NCBI GenBank assembly: GCA_030390025.1
Contig: CM059432.1
Coordinates: 85,872,001 to 85,936,000 of the forward strand
Source of the DNA: Squalus acanthias
Taxonomy: Eukaryota
Reading direction: 5' to 3'
Length of the DNA: 64,000 nucleotides
The translations under genes and the position numbers were made by a program. Under the pieces are notes generated by a model that worked only from the letters and a program-made list of their open reading frames with translations, was not told where the DNA came from and made no database searches. This document shows, one piece after another, positions 22,501 to 37,500 of the stretch. The stretch's first letter is position 1; each line of letters begins with the position of its first letter.

Positions 22501-25500
22501 AGATCAGCCATGCTCTAATTGAATGTTGGAAAGGCTCGAGGGGCTGAATGGCCTACTCTTGTTCCCATGTTCCTTTCCCCTTCTCTTTTCCTTCTCAATG
22601 GAAATTTACTTTTTGGTATCAAGTCTGTTATTGGGCAGGACACAGATTGGTAACTTTTTCAAAATCAAGTCATTTAATGCACTCTGGAGGTAATATTGAG
22701 ACTTCAGAGTTCTAAACAAGTTCCTCAAGCCAAAAAGGTTTATAATGGTCACACAGATTACTTAGGCAGTATGTCCAGAAGAGGGTCTTGTGGCTGTAGA
22801 ACTATCAGGTTTGGACTGATAAGTGATAAGTAACATTCGTGCCACACAAGTGCCAGGCAATGACTATCTCCAACAAGCGAGTGTCTAACCACCGCCCATT
22901 GACATTCAATGGCATTACCATTGCCGACCCCTCCACCATCAACATCCTGGAGGTCACCATTGACCAGAAACTTAACTGGACCAGCCACATAAATACTGTG
23001 GCAACAAGAACAGGTCAGAGGATGGGTATTCTGTGGCAAGTGTCTCACCTCCTAACTCCCCAAAGTCAGGAGTGTGCAGAAATTGCCTGGATGAGTGCAG
23101 CTGCAACAACACTCCAGAAGCTCAACACCATCCAGGACAAAGCAGCCCGCTTGATTGGCACCCCATCCACCACCTAAACATTCACTCCCTCCACCATCGG
23201 TGCACCTTGGCTGCAGTGTGTACCATCTACAAGATTCACTGCAGTAACTCAGCCAAGGCTTCTTTGGCAGCACCTCCCAAACCCGTGACCTCTACCACCT
23301 AGATGGACAAGGGCAGCAGGCACATGGGAACACTATCACCTGCAAGTTCCCCATCAAGTCACACACCATCCTGACTTGGAAATATATCGGCGTTCCTTTA
23401 TCGTTGCTGGATCAAAATCATGGAACTCCCTCCCTCACAATACTGTGGGAGTACCTTTACCACATGGACTGCAGCGGTTCAAGAAGGCGGCTCACCACCA
23501 CCTTCTCGAGGGCAATTAGGGATGGGCAATAAATGCTGGCCCTTGCCAGCGATGCCCACATCCCAGGAAAGAATTAAAAAATAAAAAACGATTCCTACTC
23601 CCATGCTGCCATGAAGCAACCTTGTAACCAGTTCTTCTGATTTAATTTTTGGGGTAAAGTCATTGGTGCAAGGTACTGCTGTTTGTCCTGTCATTAGTAC
23701 CTATGATTTTTACTGAGTGCCTCTCTAATTGTAGAGCACCTCAGGATGCTGCATTTCCACTTTCATCAATAGCTGGACGTATAGCTTGTCAGTCTATTGC
23801 CTGGAATCTGTTGCACATCCATACAGCAGATACTCAATACAGTTCAGGAGGTGAGCTTCAGAGTAATTTTCAAGAAGTCTTAGCTTTACTGACGCAAAAC
23901 TTTGTGGTCTTAAGGGTGTTGCTCCGAACTATCCAACACAAATTATTTATTTTGTGGGACAAATTTACAGTACGCAAGGACCTCCTCCTCCCCTTGCAGG
24001 TGGGGTCGTGGCTAACAGCAAAGGGCTGTCTGTTGATATTCTGTCTGATGGTGGCAACTATGTTTCTAGTTCCCAGTACTTGTCTTGTTTGAAGTCACTA
24101 CAGCTGAATCTCCTCACAGAGCACTCCTGTTTCAGCCAAACATAAATCAACCAGGCTTTGATTCTGGATCTTGCATGATGGTAAGAGGAGAACAATATTC
24201 TACATGGGACACTCCCTTATTACAATTTCCCCCCACAGCTGATGGTGGTAATTGTTCCATTCCTAGCAGGATGGATACTCCCTTTCAAGGGCCTGGACTC
24301 GGGACAGTGTGGGGAATGGAACAGGTCATATGGCATATCTACTTCCTGAGTTGGAGGCAGTACAGTTTGTTCTGGATCATTTCCAAACATTGGTAGATAA
24401 CATTGGTAGCTGCAGTCTGGCTGATCCACTGAATCACAGTATAGAGAACATAGTGGCGATTTCACTTAGTTGTCTCTATTCACGCTTGCAAGTGGTAGTT
24501 TACCCCTCCACAAGGTAGACCAAGAAATATTTAAGATTTGGGGTTATCTGGAAATAGAGCTGTTCACCTTTCTGTAGAAACATTGGCATCTGTATTTCTG
24601 CAGAAGGACAGAGGTTTCATAGGCCTTTTCCTGGATGCAAAGGTTTCTGTATGTTTTGTCTCCATTTTCTTTGATTCCATCGGTAGCGCAAAAGATAAAA
24701 GCAAAGGAGGTGAAAATTAGCCTCCCACCCGCGATCCAATCTCTTTCCCCCCCCCCCCCCCCGCGATCCGATCTATTTCTCTCCCCCGCCCCCCCCCCGC
24801 GCGATCCGATCTCTTCCTCTCCCCCTTCCCCGCGATCCGATCTCTGACACCCCCCCTTCACGAACCGATCTCTTCCCCCCCCTCCCCCCCCCCCCATCCC
24901 GTCACAATCCGAATCCCCGCCCCCCCCCCCCATCCCGTCACGATCCGATCTCTTTCTCCTCCCCCGACCCGATCTCGGCCTCTTTCCCCCACCCCCCAGC
25001 GACCCGATCTCTCCCTCCTCCCCACGATCTTCCCGTTTGCCGGGGACCATCCCCAGAGGTCTTCGGCTGCTGACTTGTAGCGCAGGCTTTCATGCCTGAC
25101 AGCCAGCCAATCTTCAATCTGGTTGGCTGTCGGGCAGCAAACGGAGTAAAAAAAATTCTACTGAGGTCTTGCCATTAAATTTGGTAGGACCTCCACTTTC
25201 CTGGCATTTCCTGATTTCCCAGCCACTGACAGATGCCCCCATTCCCTCCCCGCCTCTCTAAATATCGGACCATTGTGCTGTTTTCATGGGTATGCTTTGT
25301 GACTTTTGATTTAAAAGGGCACTTAACTGTTTACACGAGCTGTAACTTTCATTCATGCTGCTTTATAGAAGTGGGTGTAACATAGTAAATATGAGCCACC
25401 TTTGATCAGTAACATCAGTGCGTTTCTATGTTATTTCTCTAGACAATGATTTACTTGAAAGCTTTGTCACTGCCTGTGTGGATCTTCAGTGGGGGCCATC

Positions 25501-28500
25501 TGACAGTAGGCCAGATTATCAATCACATGTCAGTGGATGCTTTTCAAATAATGATGGCAGCATTTATGGGATACTATATTATTGCAATTCCGATACAGGT
25601 ATGTTAATTTTATAAAAGCTAAATGAACAGAATTTTTGCATTTTCCATAAAATAATGTATAAAGTAGATCACACTAGAAATTCCATAAAGTGACCTTTTC
25701 CTCCTCTTAGGTTACTATAGTGTAAAAAGCTTGCAGATTATGTTAATAATTGCTGGGGTTGCAGCAATCATTTTTATATTCTGTGCTCCACAGCCTTTGG
25801 TATGTTGGCTCCAATGTGGTAACTATATTAGGAAATGTGGCCTTGCTTTTATACTGTAGCTCTTCTGCCAAACTTTGCTGAAAATGTCTGGTTTGATAAC
25901 GGCGTAGTCACTAAAACAAATATAAAACTACGTGACTGATTCCTGCCAAATGTATTTTCAGATCTACGTAACAGTTTGAGCAACTTGAATTGCTTACAGG
26001 GCTGGATATTGGGAATATCCAGTTCATTTGCTTGAGTAAATAAATGTTGGCCCGGAATTTGCGGTCAGCGGTGAAGCAAAGGCGTTCGCCACTGGCCCCG
26101 ACGTAAGCTTCACACAAAGATCTAGCAATCTCTGGCGAGAATTTCAGGTTTTCCGACGCGTAGTTGAAATCAACGTAGTATAGTGGGAATCCCATAGTGT
26201 GAGCTGCTGTGACGTCAACAAGCTGTCTAAGCAGCCTATCACAATGCAAAATTCTCTCCGCAAACTAGGAAGTGGGTAAGCTCCTAAAATTCTAACTTTT
26301 TAAAAAATGTTAGAGAGAGCAAAACAAAGATTGGGGCTCTCGCATGGGGAAAAGGCAAACCTGAAATAAAGATGAACAGTTTTTTGTTTTAAAGTTTCTT
26401 AATTTTAATTAAAATGGAGAAATTTGACGCTGCACAAAATTAAAATCAGTTTTTCAAGGCCATAACTTTTGTTTAGCAGTCAATACACTGTTAATACCCC
26501 AGTAACACCTAATCCAAAAGGGTCTAACTTTTAATGGGGTATTTAACAGCGTAATTACTGCGGAAGAGCTGAAGTTTTCATCAGTTTCCATGATTTGAGA
26601 GATTTCACTGATTGCCGGCTCTGGTGGGGTGGGGTGGAAAGAGTGTGGAGGAGCAGTGAATGACAGACCACAACTTCAGGATTTCCGCATTAGACTGCGC
26701 ATGCGCTAAATCCTGAAGTTACGGTCAGTTTCAATGGCAAAATGACAACGAATGCTGCCAGTTCACCGTCATCAGGACCGCAAATTCCGGACCATTAAAT
26801 TCACTGTGTGTGAGCCAGTCAATAACACTTCAGTGTCTTTGCAAAATCATTTTGTTGAAATTTGCTAAGGAAATTGAAATGAGCAACTGCTACCTGAAAA
26901 TGGAACACCATGTACCCTCTGATTTAAAAAAATAAAATAATTAACACCTATTTGCAACAATGGAAACATTTTCTGCATTTGAATCTGAATAAAAAGGTAT
27001 AAAGTAATGATCATAGTCCAGGTCCACGCGTCTTATTCATTGAAAAAGAAGCGTTGGTAAGTAAAACAATAACTGGGGGGTTGGGGAGGGGGGTGGGGGG
27101 GGGATGAGTTGAGAAATTCTCTATTTAAAAAAAAAAATCTTGCTGAGTTAGTGTAAATGGCAATGTGTGTAGGTTGCTTTCTATAATTTTTTTAATCTAC
27201 CTATTCTAGAATGGGTAGAAACTGTCCTGGATGAGTAAAAGTTTACAGAACTGGTCACCGGGAGTTTGAAAATAGTAAATCTTCTGACAGGAATGTTGGA
27301 GAAAATTAGAAAGTTAGAAAGTAACAGGTTTGTACATGAAGTAAGTGCTTCTTCTAAAAAGGCTGGTGTAGGATCACCTGAAGTACAGCAGCTGCACATA
27401 AAGTCAAAATATTTAAATTCCACAGTAACCAATAAAACTAGCATGATAAACTGCTAGCAACTTTTATCACTCATTTTGACATGTTCAACAACAATTTTTA
27501 TCACCCATTTGACGAGTTTGCCTGTTTCAGTCCTTCATTACAATAGTGTGAAACAGTTTATTTGATGCATTATTCCGATATGCACAATAACCCCTTTTCT
27601 TCTACTTGTATCTTGATTTCAGATTACACTGGCAGTGATATTACTCTATATGCAATTGGGGTATAGCGCTTTGATAGGAATATCTATCATCATTCTGCTC
27701 GCCCCCCTTCAGTACTTCATCTCAAAAAGATTTGCTTCTATTCAAAAAAGAACTATGGAGTGTTCAGATGAGAGAATTAAGAAATCCAACGAAATGCTGC
27801 AGAGCATAAAGGTAATGGCTGATATATTAGAGATCTCTGTAACATTGCTCGACTCTGCCCCTGCCTCAGCACACCTGCTGAAACTCTCATCCATGCCTTT
27901 GCTACCTTTAGACTTGACTATTCCAATGCACTCCTGGCTGACCTCCCACATTCTACCCTCTGTAAACTTGAGGTCATCCAAAACTCTGCTGCCCGTGTCC
28001 TAACTCGCACCAAGTCCCGTTCACCCATCACCCCTGTGCTCGCTGACCTACATTGGCTTCCGGTTAAGCAACACCTTAATTTTAAAATTCTCATCCATGT
28101 TTTCAAATCCCTCCATGGCCTTGCCTCTCCCTATCTCAGTAATCTACTCCAGCCCTAAAACCCTCCGAGACAGCTGCGCTCCTCAAGTTCTGGCCTCTTG
28201 AGCATCACCGATTTTAATGGCTCCACCAAAGTGCCTTCAGCTGCCTAGGCCCCAAGCTCTGGAATTCCCTCCCTAAACCTCTCCACCTCTGTACCTCTCT
28301 TTCCTCCTTTAAGATGCTCCTTAAAACCTACGTCTTGACCAAGCTTTTTTTCATTTACCCTAATATCTCCTTATGTGACTCGGTGTCAAATTTTGTTTGT
28401 TAACACTCCTGTGAAGCGCCTTGGGGCGTTTTACTACGTTAAAGGTGCTATATAAATACAAGTTGTTATATTGTTGTTGGTTGGGTCCAACTCTACATTC

Positions 28501-31500
28501 CTATCAAATATGAAGCACCAAAAATCTGATTTTGAAAAACAAGTTACATGAACTAACCATTATTTTGGGGAACTCAGTTCCCTTTCCCTTTTATGTTAAA
28601 AGAATACAATTTGCTTTCATACTTTATTATTGAACCACCACTATTTTGTTCTGATATTAGCTTAACTCTCCCCACCTGGAACATGTAGTCATCAACATTG
28701 TCTTCAATTCAATGGAATTGAGCAGCTGTTTGGCTGAGGAGTATAGTGTCAGTATGAATGTAGGTAAATTGACATTTCAGGTTGAGCTTTCCAGAATAGT
28801 AAACACAAGCATCTCTAATTCTCACTGTCAATTGGAGACACTGAGTGGAACTTAAGTTCCCTGTTTGAATCCCTCCAATCAGGTTTCTGTCTTGCCACAG
28901 TACTGAAACTGCCCTTATCAAAGTCTCAAATGACATCCGATGTGACTGTGATCTATCCCTCCTCATCCTTCTCGAACTGTCTGCAGCCTTTGACACGGTT
29001 GACCACACCGTCCTCCTCCAACGCCTCTCCTATGTTGTCCAGCTGGGTGGGACGGCCCTCACCTGGTTCCATTCTTATCTATCCAGTCGTAACCAGAGAA
29101 TCACCTGCAATGGCTTCTCTTCCCGCTCCTGCACCGTTCTCCTGGAGTCCCCCAAGGATCTAACCTTGGCCCCTCCTATTTCTCATCTACATGCAGCCCC
29201 TTGATGTCATCATCTGAAAGCACAATGTCGGGTTCCAGATATATGCTGACGACACCCACCTCTACCTCACCACCACCTCTCTTGACCCCTTCACTGTCTC
29301 TGATTTGTCACGCTGCTTGTCTGACCGGATGAGCAGCAATTTCCTCCAACTAAATATTGGGAAGACCGAAGCCATTGTCTTCGATCCCTGCACAAATTCT
29401 TTTCCCTAGCCACTGACTCCATCCATCTTCCTGGTAACTGTCTGAAGTTGAACTAGACTGTTTGCTACCTTGGTGTTGTATTTGACCCCGAGATGAGCTT
29501 CCAACCACATATCTGCTCGATCACCAAGACCGCCTACTTCCATCTCCGTAACATCGCCAAGTCCGGCCCTGCCTCAGCTCATCTGCTGCTGAAAACCTTA
29601 TTCATGCCTTTTTTATTTCTAGACTTGACTATTCTATTTCTCTCCTGGCCAGCCTCCCATCTTCCACCTATATAAACCTGAACTCATCCAAAACTCTGCT
29701 GCCTGTATCCTAACTCGCACTGAGTCCCGTTCACCCATCACCCCTGTGCTCACTGACCTACATTGGCTCCCGGTTAAGCAACGCCTTGATTCTAAAATTC
29801 CCATCCTCATTTTCAAAAGTCTCCATGGCCTCGCCTTCCCTATCTCTGTAACCTCCTCCAGCCCCACAACCCTCCGAGATCCCTACGCTCCTCCAATTCT
29901 GGCCTCTTGCGCATCCCCCATTTTAATCGCTCCACCATTGGCGGCCGTTTCTTCAGCTGCCTAGGCCTTGAGCTCTGGAATTCCCTCCCATAACCTCTCT
30001 GTCTCTCTACCCTGCTTAAAACTTACCTCTTTGACCAAGCTTTAGCTCAGCTTTCCTCATATTTCCTTATGTGGCTTGGTGTTTTGTTTTATAATGTTCC
30101 TGTGAAGCACCTTGGGACGTTTTACTATGTTAAAGGCACTATATAAATACAAGTTGGTGGTGGCGGCAGCTGTTTCCTAAAGGACCAAGAGAATTTCAAA
30201 TATTTCTGTGCCTGTGCTTTCCCTTGATACAAGTTGAAACTATCTGAGCTATTTAATGCCACCTTTATGAATGGTTTTAAAAACCTCTGTATTTCACTCA
30301 TTTTAAAGCTGCCACAAGTTTAATGTACTGCTTTCTGTAATAGTTTTGCCAGGTGCCTTGTGATAGCATTGAATTTTGAAGTAAAACAAATATAAGGCTA
30401 TATGGTATGGAGAATGGGCATGTTATCTCTGATGATGAGTATGTATACGTTCTGCCTTTTCTTCCCTGTAACATCTGCCTTTCTGTGCTTTATTCCACAC
30501 CATATTTCTGTGTGGCTGAGGGGGCGGGGTAGGTGAGCTGGTCCCAGTCTTAGATGCTTCTAAGTAACACAAGATGGTGGCCTGTAGGGGACAGTACTGT
30601 AGAGCAAGGAATAAGATGGTAGAGTAGTTTAAATGGAAAACTGAAGGTGACAACAATACAGAAAGGTCACCAACCTTTAACCATCTCCAACAAGAAAAAG
30701 GCTAATTACCTCTTCCAGACCTTCACAGGGATTCACCATCACTGATTTCCCAATCATGACTATCTTGAGGATCACCATTGACTAGAAGCTTAAATGGACC
30801 AGCCATATCTACACCATGGTTAAAAGTGCAGGGCAGAGGCTGGGTCCTGAGCCATTTTCACCTCCTGACCCCTCCAAGTCTCTACCATGTTTAAGGCTTA
30901 AATCTGGAGTGTGATGAGATAATCACCACTTGCCTGGATGGGTACAGCCACAACAACACTCAAGAAGCTCTACTATCCAGGGCAAAGCATTCTGCTTGAT
31001 CGGTACCACTGTCATTAGACTCAATATCCACGATGTGTGCGATCGACGGGCTGCAGTGCAGCAACTCACCAAACTCGCTTCAACAGCATCTCCCTTCTCT
31101 GTGATCTTGACCATCAAGAAGGACGAAAGCAGCAAATTGATAGGAACACCATTAACCCCAAGTTCTCTTCCAAGTCACTTCTTCTTCTTAGGCAGTCCCT
31201 CGGAACCGAGGATGACTTGCTTCCACATTAAAAATTAGTTCGCAGGTGACTGATGAGTCCAATGCGGGACCTACAGTCTCTGTCACAGGTGGGGCAGACG
31301 GTGGTTGAAGGGGCAGGTGGGTGGGGTGCTTGGGTTGACGTGCGCTGCCTGCACTTGGCTTCCGCTTGCTCCCGGCGAAGACACTCGGTGTTTGGCGCCT
31401 TCCCGGATGCTTCTCCTCCACTTTGTGCAGTCTTGGGCCAGGGATTCCCAGGTGTCGGTGGGGATGTTGCACTTTTTCAAGGAGGCTTTGAGGGTGTCCT

Positions 31501-34500
31501 TGAAGCATTTCCTCTGCCCACCTGGGGCTCTCTTGCCGTGCTGGAGCTCCGAGTAGAGCGCTTGTTTTGGGAGTCTTGTATCGGGCATGCAGACAATGTG
31601 ACCCGTCCATCGGAGCTGATCGAGCGTGGTCAAAGCTTCGATGCTGGGGATGTTGGCCTGAGCAAGAACACTTGACGTTGGTGCGCCTATCCTGCCAATG
31701 GATTTGCAGGATCTTGCGGAGGCAGCATTGGTGGTACCTCTCCAGTGCTTTGAGATGCCTGCTGTACATGGTCCATGTCTCTGAGGCATACAGCAGGGCG
31801 GGTATCACTGCTGCTCTGTAGACCATGAGCTTAGTGCCGGGTTTGAGGTCCTGGTCTTCAAACACACTCTTCCTCAGGCGACCGAAGGCTGCACTCGCAC
31901 ACTGAAGGCGTCCAAGTCACACAACATCAATGGCCCGTATTTTCTGATCACAGGCCTCCCACGGGCGGAGGCCTGCGATCTGGAAAAATCTACGCCCTTA
32001 CCTGAGGGCTCCCGGGACGCACACCCTTCCGCTCCTGGGCCTCTCCAAACTTGAAGTGTGCAGGGCCCACGTATCCCAGAGGCGCATGCGGTTCGCAGCG
32101 TCCCTGGGATCACGTGGGCCATGTGGAGCCAATCACAGAAGGGAGTCTCCCTTCATACATTTGACAGGAAGACCTGTCAAATATATAAATGGAGATCACC
32201 CCAAAAACATAGTAAAACTTTAACTAAATTTAAAAAAAAAAAATCACATTTTTAAAATGACTTGAAATTACAATAAATTAAGTATTTTAAACAAAAATTT
32301 AATTTTTTGAAAAAATAATTTAAAAAAAAGTTTATTTTTAGCCCCGTAAAAAACTTTAAAGTATTTTTAAATGATAAATCAGTGGAGGGGAAAAAATATT
32401 TTTTTACTTTTTTCAACTCTTATCCTGGTAAAAGCAGGCCTTATGCCTGCTTTTACCAGGCGTAAGAATTGTAAGAGTTTTCTGCGGGTGGAGGGTCTCC
32501 AAAAAGCCGAACTATCCGCCCGCAGAGGCCCTTCTCCAGGGCAGCCGGAGGATCTGTCAAGACCATTCTTGACAGATCGGAAATGCCGATTTTCAGCGCA
32601 TGCGCTGTGCATGCCTAAAACCGGCATTTCCGATGTCCCTACGGGTGGGTACACAGCGCATACCCACCCGTAGGGATCAGAATATCTGGGCCATTATTGC
32701 TCATCAAAATCCTGGGAATGTCCTTGACCTCTTGGTTGATCCTGTAGTAAGGGTATTTGGCCATGGAGAGGGAGACGTGAGATGGTTAAGCCAGATCTTG
32801 CCTAGGATTACATAGGATATACAGCAAAGAAACAGGCCATTCGGCCCAACCAGTCCATGCCGGTGTTTATGCTCCACTCGAGCCTCCTCCTGTCTTTCCT
32901 CATCTAAATCTATCAGCAGAACCCTCTATTTCCTTCTCCCTCATATGCTTGCCCAGCTTCCCCTTAAATGCATCTATACTATTCGCTTCAACCACTCCCT
33001 GTGGTAGCGAGCTCCACATTCTCACCACTCTTTGGGTAAAGAAGTTTCTTCTGAATTCCCTATTGGATTTCTTGGTGACTATCTTATATTGATGGCCTCT
33101 AGTTATGCTCTTCCCCACAAGTGGCAGCATTCTCTCTCTATTCCACTCTATCAAAACCTTTCATAATTTTAAAGACCTCTATTAGATCACCCCTTAGCCT
33201 TTTTTCAAGAGAAAAGAGACCCAGCCTGTTCATCCTTTCCTGATGTGTATACCCTCGCATTTCTGGTATCATCCTTGTAAATCTTCTCTGCACCCTCTCC
33301 AGTGCCTCTATATCCTTATATGGCGACCAGAACTGCACGCAATACTCCAAGTGTGGTCTAACCAAGGTTCGATACAGGTTTAGCATAACTTCCCTACTTT
33401 TCAATTAAGTCCCACGAGAAATAAACCCTAGTACTTGGTTTGCTTTTTTAAAGGCCTTGCTAACTTGTGGCGCAACTTTTAGTGATTTGTGCATTTGTAC
33501 TTCGAGATCCCTTTGTTCCTCTACCCCACCTAGACTCGCATCCTCCAAGTGATAAGTGACCTCCCTATTCTTCCTACCAAAATGTAATACCTCACATTTG
33601 TCTGTGTTGAACTTCATTTGCCAATTATTTGCCCATTCTGTAAGTTTATTAATGTCCTCCTGTAATTTGTTGCAGTCCTCCTCAGTATTGACTATCACCC
33701 CCAATTTGGTATCATCTGCAAATTTAGAAATTGTGTTTTTGATTCCAAAGTCTAAATCGTTAATGTAAATTGTGAACAGCAGTGATCCCAGCACTGATCC
33801 TTGTGGAACACCACTACCCACCTTCTGCACTGTGATTAGCTACCCTTTACTCCCACTCTCTGCTTTCTGTCTTGAAGCCAGCCAGCAATCCATTCTGCTA
33901 CTTGTCCCCTGACTCCGCATTCTCTGACCTTATTCATCAGTCTATTATGGGGTACCTTATCGAAGGCCTTTTGAAAATCTACTGCATTACCATTGTCTAC
34001 TCTCTCTGTTACCTCATCAAAAATTCAATGAGGTTAGTCAAGCAAGATTTTCCCTTTTGAAATCCATTCATTATTATACTTTTGTTATACTTTCTAGATG
34101 TTCTTCTATTCTCCTTTAGTACGGATTCCATTATTTTTCCTACCACCGATGTTAAGCTGACTGGTTTATAATTCCCTGGACATGTTCTATGCCTCTTCTT
34201 AAATATAGGTATTACGTTAGCTATCCGCCAGTCCTCTGGCACTACACCTTTTTCTAACGAATTATTAAATATGTGTAGTAATGCTGAGGCCAGTTATACA
34301 TGAGATGCACTTGAGTTTGCAGGTTTCATGCTTCAGAATGTGGAGGTGTGAAATATATCAAGGTAACATTGGAATGGAAGATCCTGAATGATGCTGTCAA
34401 AGGCAGAAACACGTGAGCAGCTGAGCAAGTTAACAGAGACAATAGTGTTGTAGCAGATGCAGGGCCAGAGCAGAGTGATGAGTGTGTCAGTGTCAGAACT

Positions 34501-37500
34501 AGTGAGTTGGTGGGGGATGGGGGGAGGGGCGGAAAATTAAGAGTAGTGGTGTTGGAGGTAGGTAGAGGATTATGAATGATAAGGGAGCTCAGTAAGTGAT
34601 TGGAGATGGCTTTGTTAATAATTGAGACCTCAGGTAGCGAAGTCTCGTGATGGTGACGTCAAAGGGATGGCTGTAGGTTGGGGGATTTATATAACACAGT
34701 GCTGTTCATATAGGAGAATTAAAAAAAAAAGAGGCGGCAAGGAGAATTTAAATGGAGGTTGAAGTCATCAAGGATGAGGAATCACTTGGTGCAAAGGCTA
34801 AGGGAAGAGATGTTGGAGCAGAAATCACTTTGGGGATTTGAGTGGGAGGGGGTGTTTAGATGACCAGGATTTTGAAGGGGACAGTTAGGTGTTTCAATGA
34901 GGAAAAATGGTGCCAGAGCTCTAAGAGGGGACCTGGTAATGAGAGCCAACATAGTTGTTAGGGCAATTCCAAAAGTGGTATGGATTGTTTAACCTGGCTG
35001 GGAGGCTTTGGTCAGGGAAGGAGTCACCATCATTGACCCAGTTTCAGCCAGTCTCAGAATATCAATAAACTCATCCAAAGTGAGGCCATGGATGGAGAGG
35101 GCCATGTTGACAAGGGAACAAACATTCTTGAGGGCGACACAAAAGTGCTGGTGGTTGGAGACTTGCTGGGGAAGTTGGTGAGGGGAGAGGTGGGAGGAGA
35201 ACGAGGGAATAGGGTGAAGGTCAGAGATTAACCCCAAAGAACAAACTGGGCACCATATCTGCCACATCAGCAGAATAATGTAGAATAGCAGCAATGGGCA
35301 CTGTGTTGGCCTTGGCAGAGGATGCCTATGGTGGAATGGAGAGAAGTTGTAGCATATGCAGGAGGGACTTGAGCCTGGAATGCTAGCAAAAAAGGTGATT
35401 GAGTGGGATGGCAAATAAAAAGGGCATGGGATATGAGTAACAGAGGCTTGAGGGGACAGGACAGAAGCCGAGTGGGCTGGGATATGGCCAGCAGTGGGAT
35501 AAAAGAGGGCGAGTCTGGAGCAGCAGCCAGTGTGCACACGCAAGTGGATATGATGATGGCTTTAGACTACATAAACAAATGGCAGAAGCAACTAAAAGAT
35601 GACAAAATAATTTCTCTATTCCCTTGCTTGTATTGAGTCTTCCAGTTTCTTCGGACTCTCGCATTGTCATCCTGAATAGAGTAAAAAAGGATGCTGATTC
35701 TGACACCTAAGAGCGGCTCTAATACATACACCGCATACATAAGTGGACTGGCTTGTTCAGCATGTGGGATATATCTTTTACTTGCTCTGTTAACCATTGT
35801 ACATTGTTTCAAAACCTTTTCAAAAAATCAGACTTATCATTTGAATAGCAGAGTTGAGTGTATGCTTTTAAATTTATAATTCCTGTCATTTGAGATTAAT
35901 AGGTTTAGCATTTGGCTGGGGATACTGCTCAACAATTGAAAGTTTTTCAGAAAAAATGTTTAATTTATTAGTTTGATTGATGATCAATAGAATGAAACTA
36001 TTTAATGTTAGAGATTGATATTTATTTGGTACCTTTCACATTTTACAGTGCTTGTTTGAATTCTGAGAATTAGAGTAGTATATTCATGGTGAATCTTTAA
36101 GCATTATTCCAGTAATCTGTTTAACTGACTGTTTGAGAGATAAAGCTATCTTTTCCATCAGAATGCTAGTTTTTTTTGTTGAAAAAAACAAGCAAAGAAA
36201 TGTGAAACACGAAGGGGAACAAAAACACGATCTCCTTCTCCGGCCTCTCATGGGTTCACCTACTCTCAACCTTTGGAATGCTTTCATAAAATAATCCTTC
36301 CAGATGGAAAGTTGCCTACATTAAGGGATGAACTCCAACATGTAAATGAAAGAAGCAATAATTTCTGAGGAAAAAAATGTATGTCATAAACTTTCCAAAT
36401 TCATAATGTAAACTTAGTTTATGAAAGCGCCATACCTAACCTTGATTTATTAATCCTCGCCAACAGGACTGCAACTATTTTATGCGTCGTCAAAGTTTTT
36501 CTTAGCAACTGTACATTTAACTTATCACTTGCTTAAAAAGAATTAAAGGTTTATTTAAATTTTACTGTGATATGAACCTTTTCATGTTGCAACTTCCTTA
36601 AATGGCTTGAAACTTGGGACTAAAGTGCTTTTGAAGTGATTTATGTTATGTGAGGACCTATTACAGCTGTTAGTTCTACAACAGACCAGAGTTTTACATT
36701 TTTTTTTAAATCCCCTTTTAATCTTCCAACTTCTCTTTTAAACACACATGCCCTGAAATTTGGGGATCCCTGCTCCACTGCTGAGGAGCTGGACTCCCAA
36801 CAGTGGAGGATATGCACTCCATCCCAAAGTGTGGTGATAGGGTTATTTAAATAGTTTGGATGGGAGTCCCTCACTTGTGCAGGCACAATTGAGGCATTTG
36901 CTCTGACTGCCAGCAGGACAGTTGGAGCGGTTCCATGCTGCTGTATGGCACAGAGAGGGATCTGGGAAAAGCTGAATAGCTGACAGCAAATTTTTTGTGA
37001 ATTTCAAGGTGATCAATTGACTATTCCGGGGAATGTTTCTGGCCTTTGGAAGGCCCATAGCAGAGGTGGTGTGAGTTCTGTTGAGCCTAGGGAGAGTGTC
37101 AAGACCATGTGGCATGAGGCTTACGGATTCAAACTGACCTGTCAAATCCAGCCCACTATTTTGAAAAGTTAATCGTAAATATAAATTGTGGTAAAGGTAC
37201 TAAAGGTATTGTATTGGAGTTGCCAGTATGGAGAGTGCATGCAATTGGAGGCAACCTATTGGCTTGGATAGCAAATTGGTTAGGAAAGCGAGTAGGGATA
37301 ATGGGTATGCACTCAAATTGGCAGGATGTGACTAGTGTTGTCCCCCAGGGATCTGTACTGGGGCCTCAGCCTTTCACTATTTATAAATGACTGGGATGAA
37401 GGAATAGAGAGCCGTATATCTAAGTTTGCTGATGACACTAAGTTAGGCGGCACAGTAAATAGTGCAGATGGGAGCAGAAAGTTGCAAAGGGCCATTGATA

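Noticed and set aside
24544..25050. Gly/Arg-rich 168-aa ORF
   Set aside because: Translation of a minisatellite.
27812..28003. Extension of ORF 27635..28003
   Set aside because: Intron read-through into an L2 fragment.
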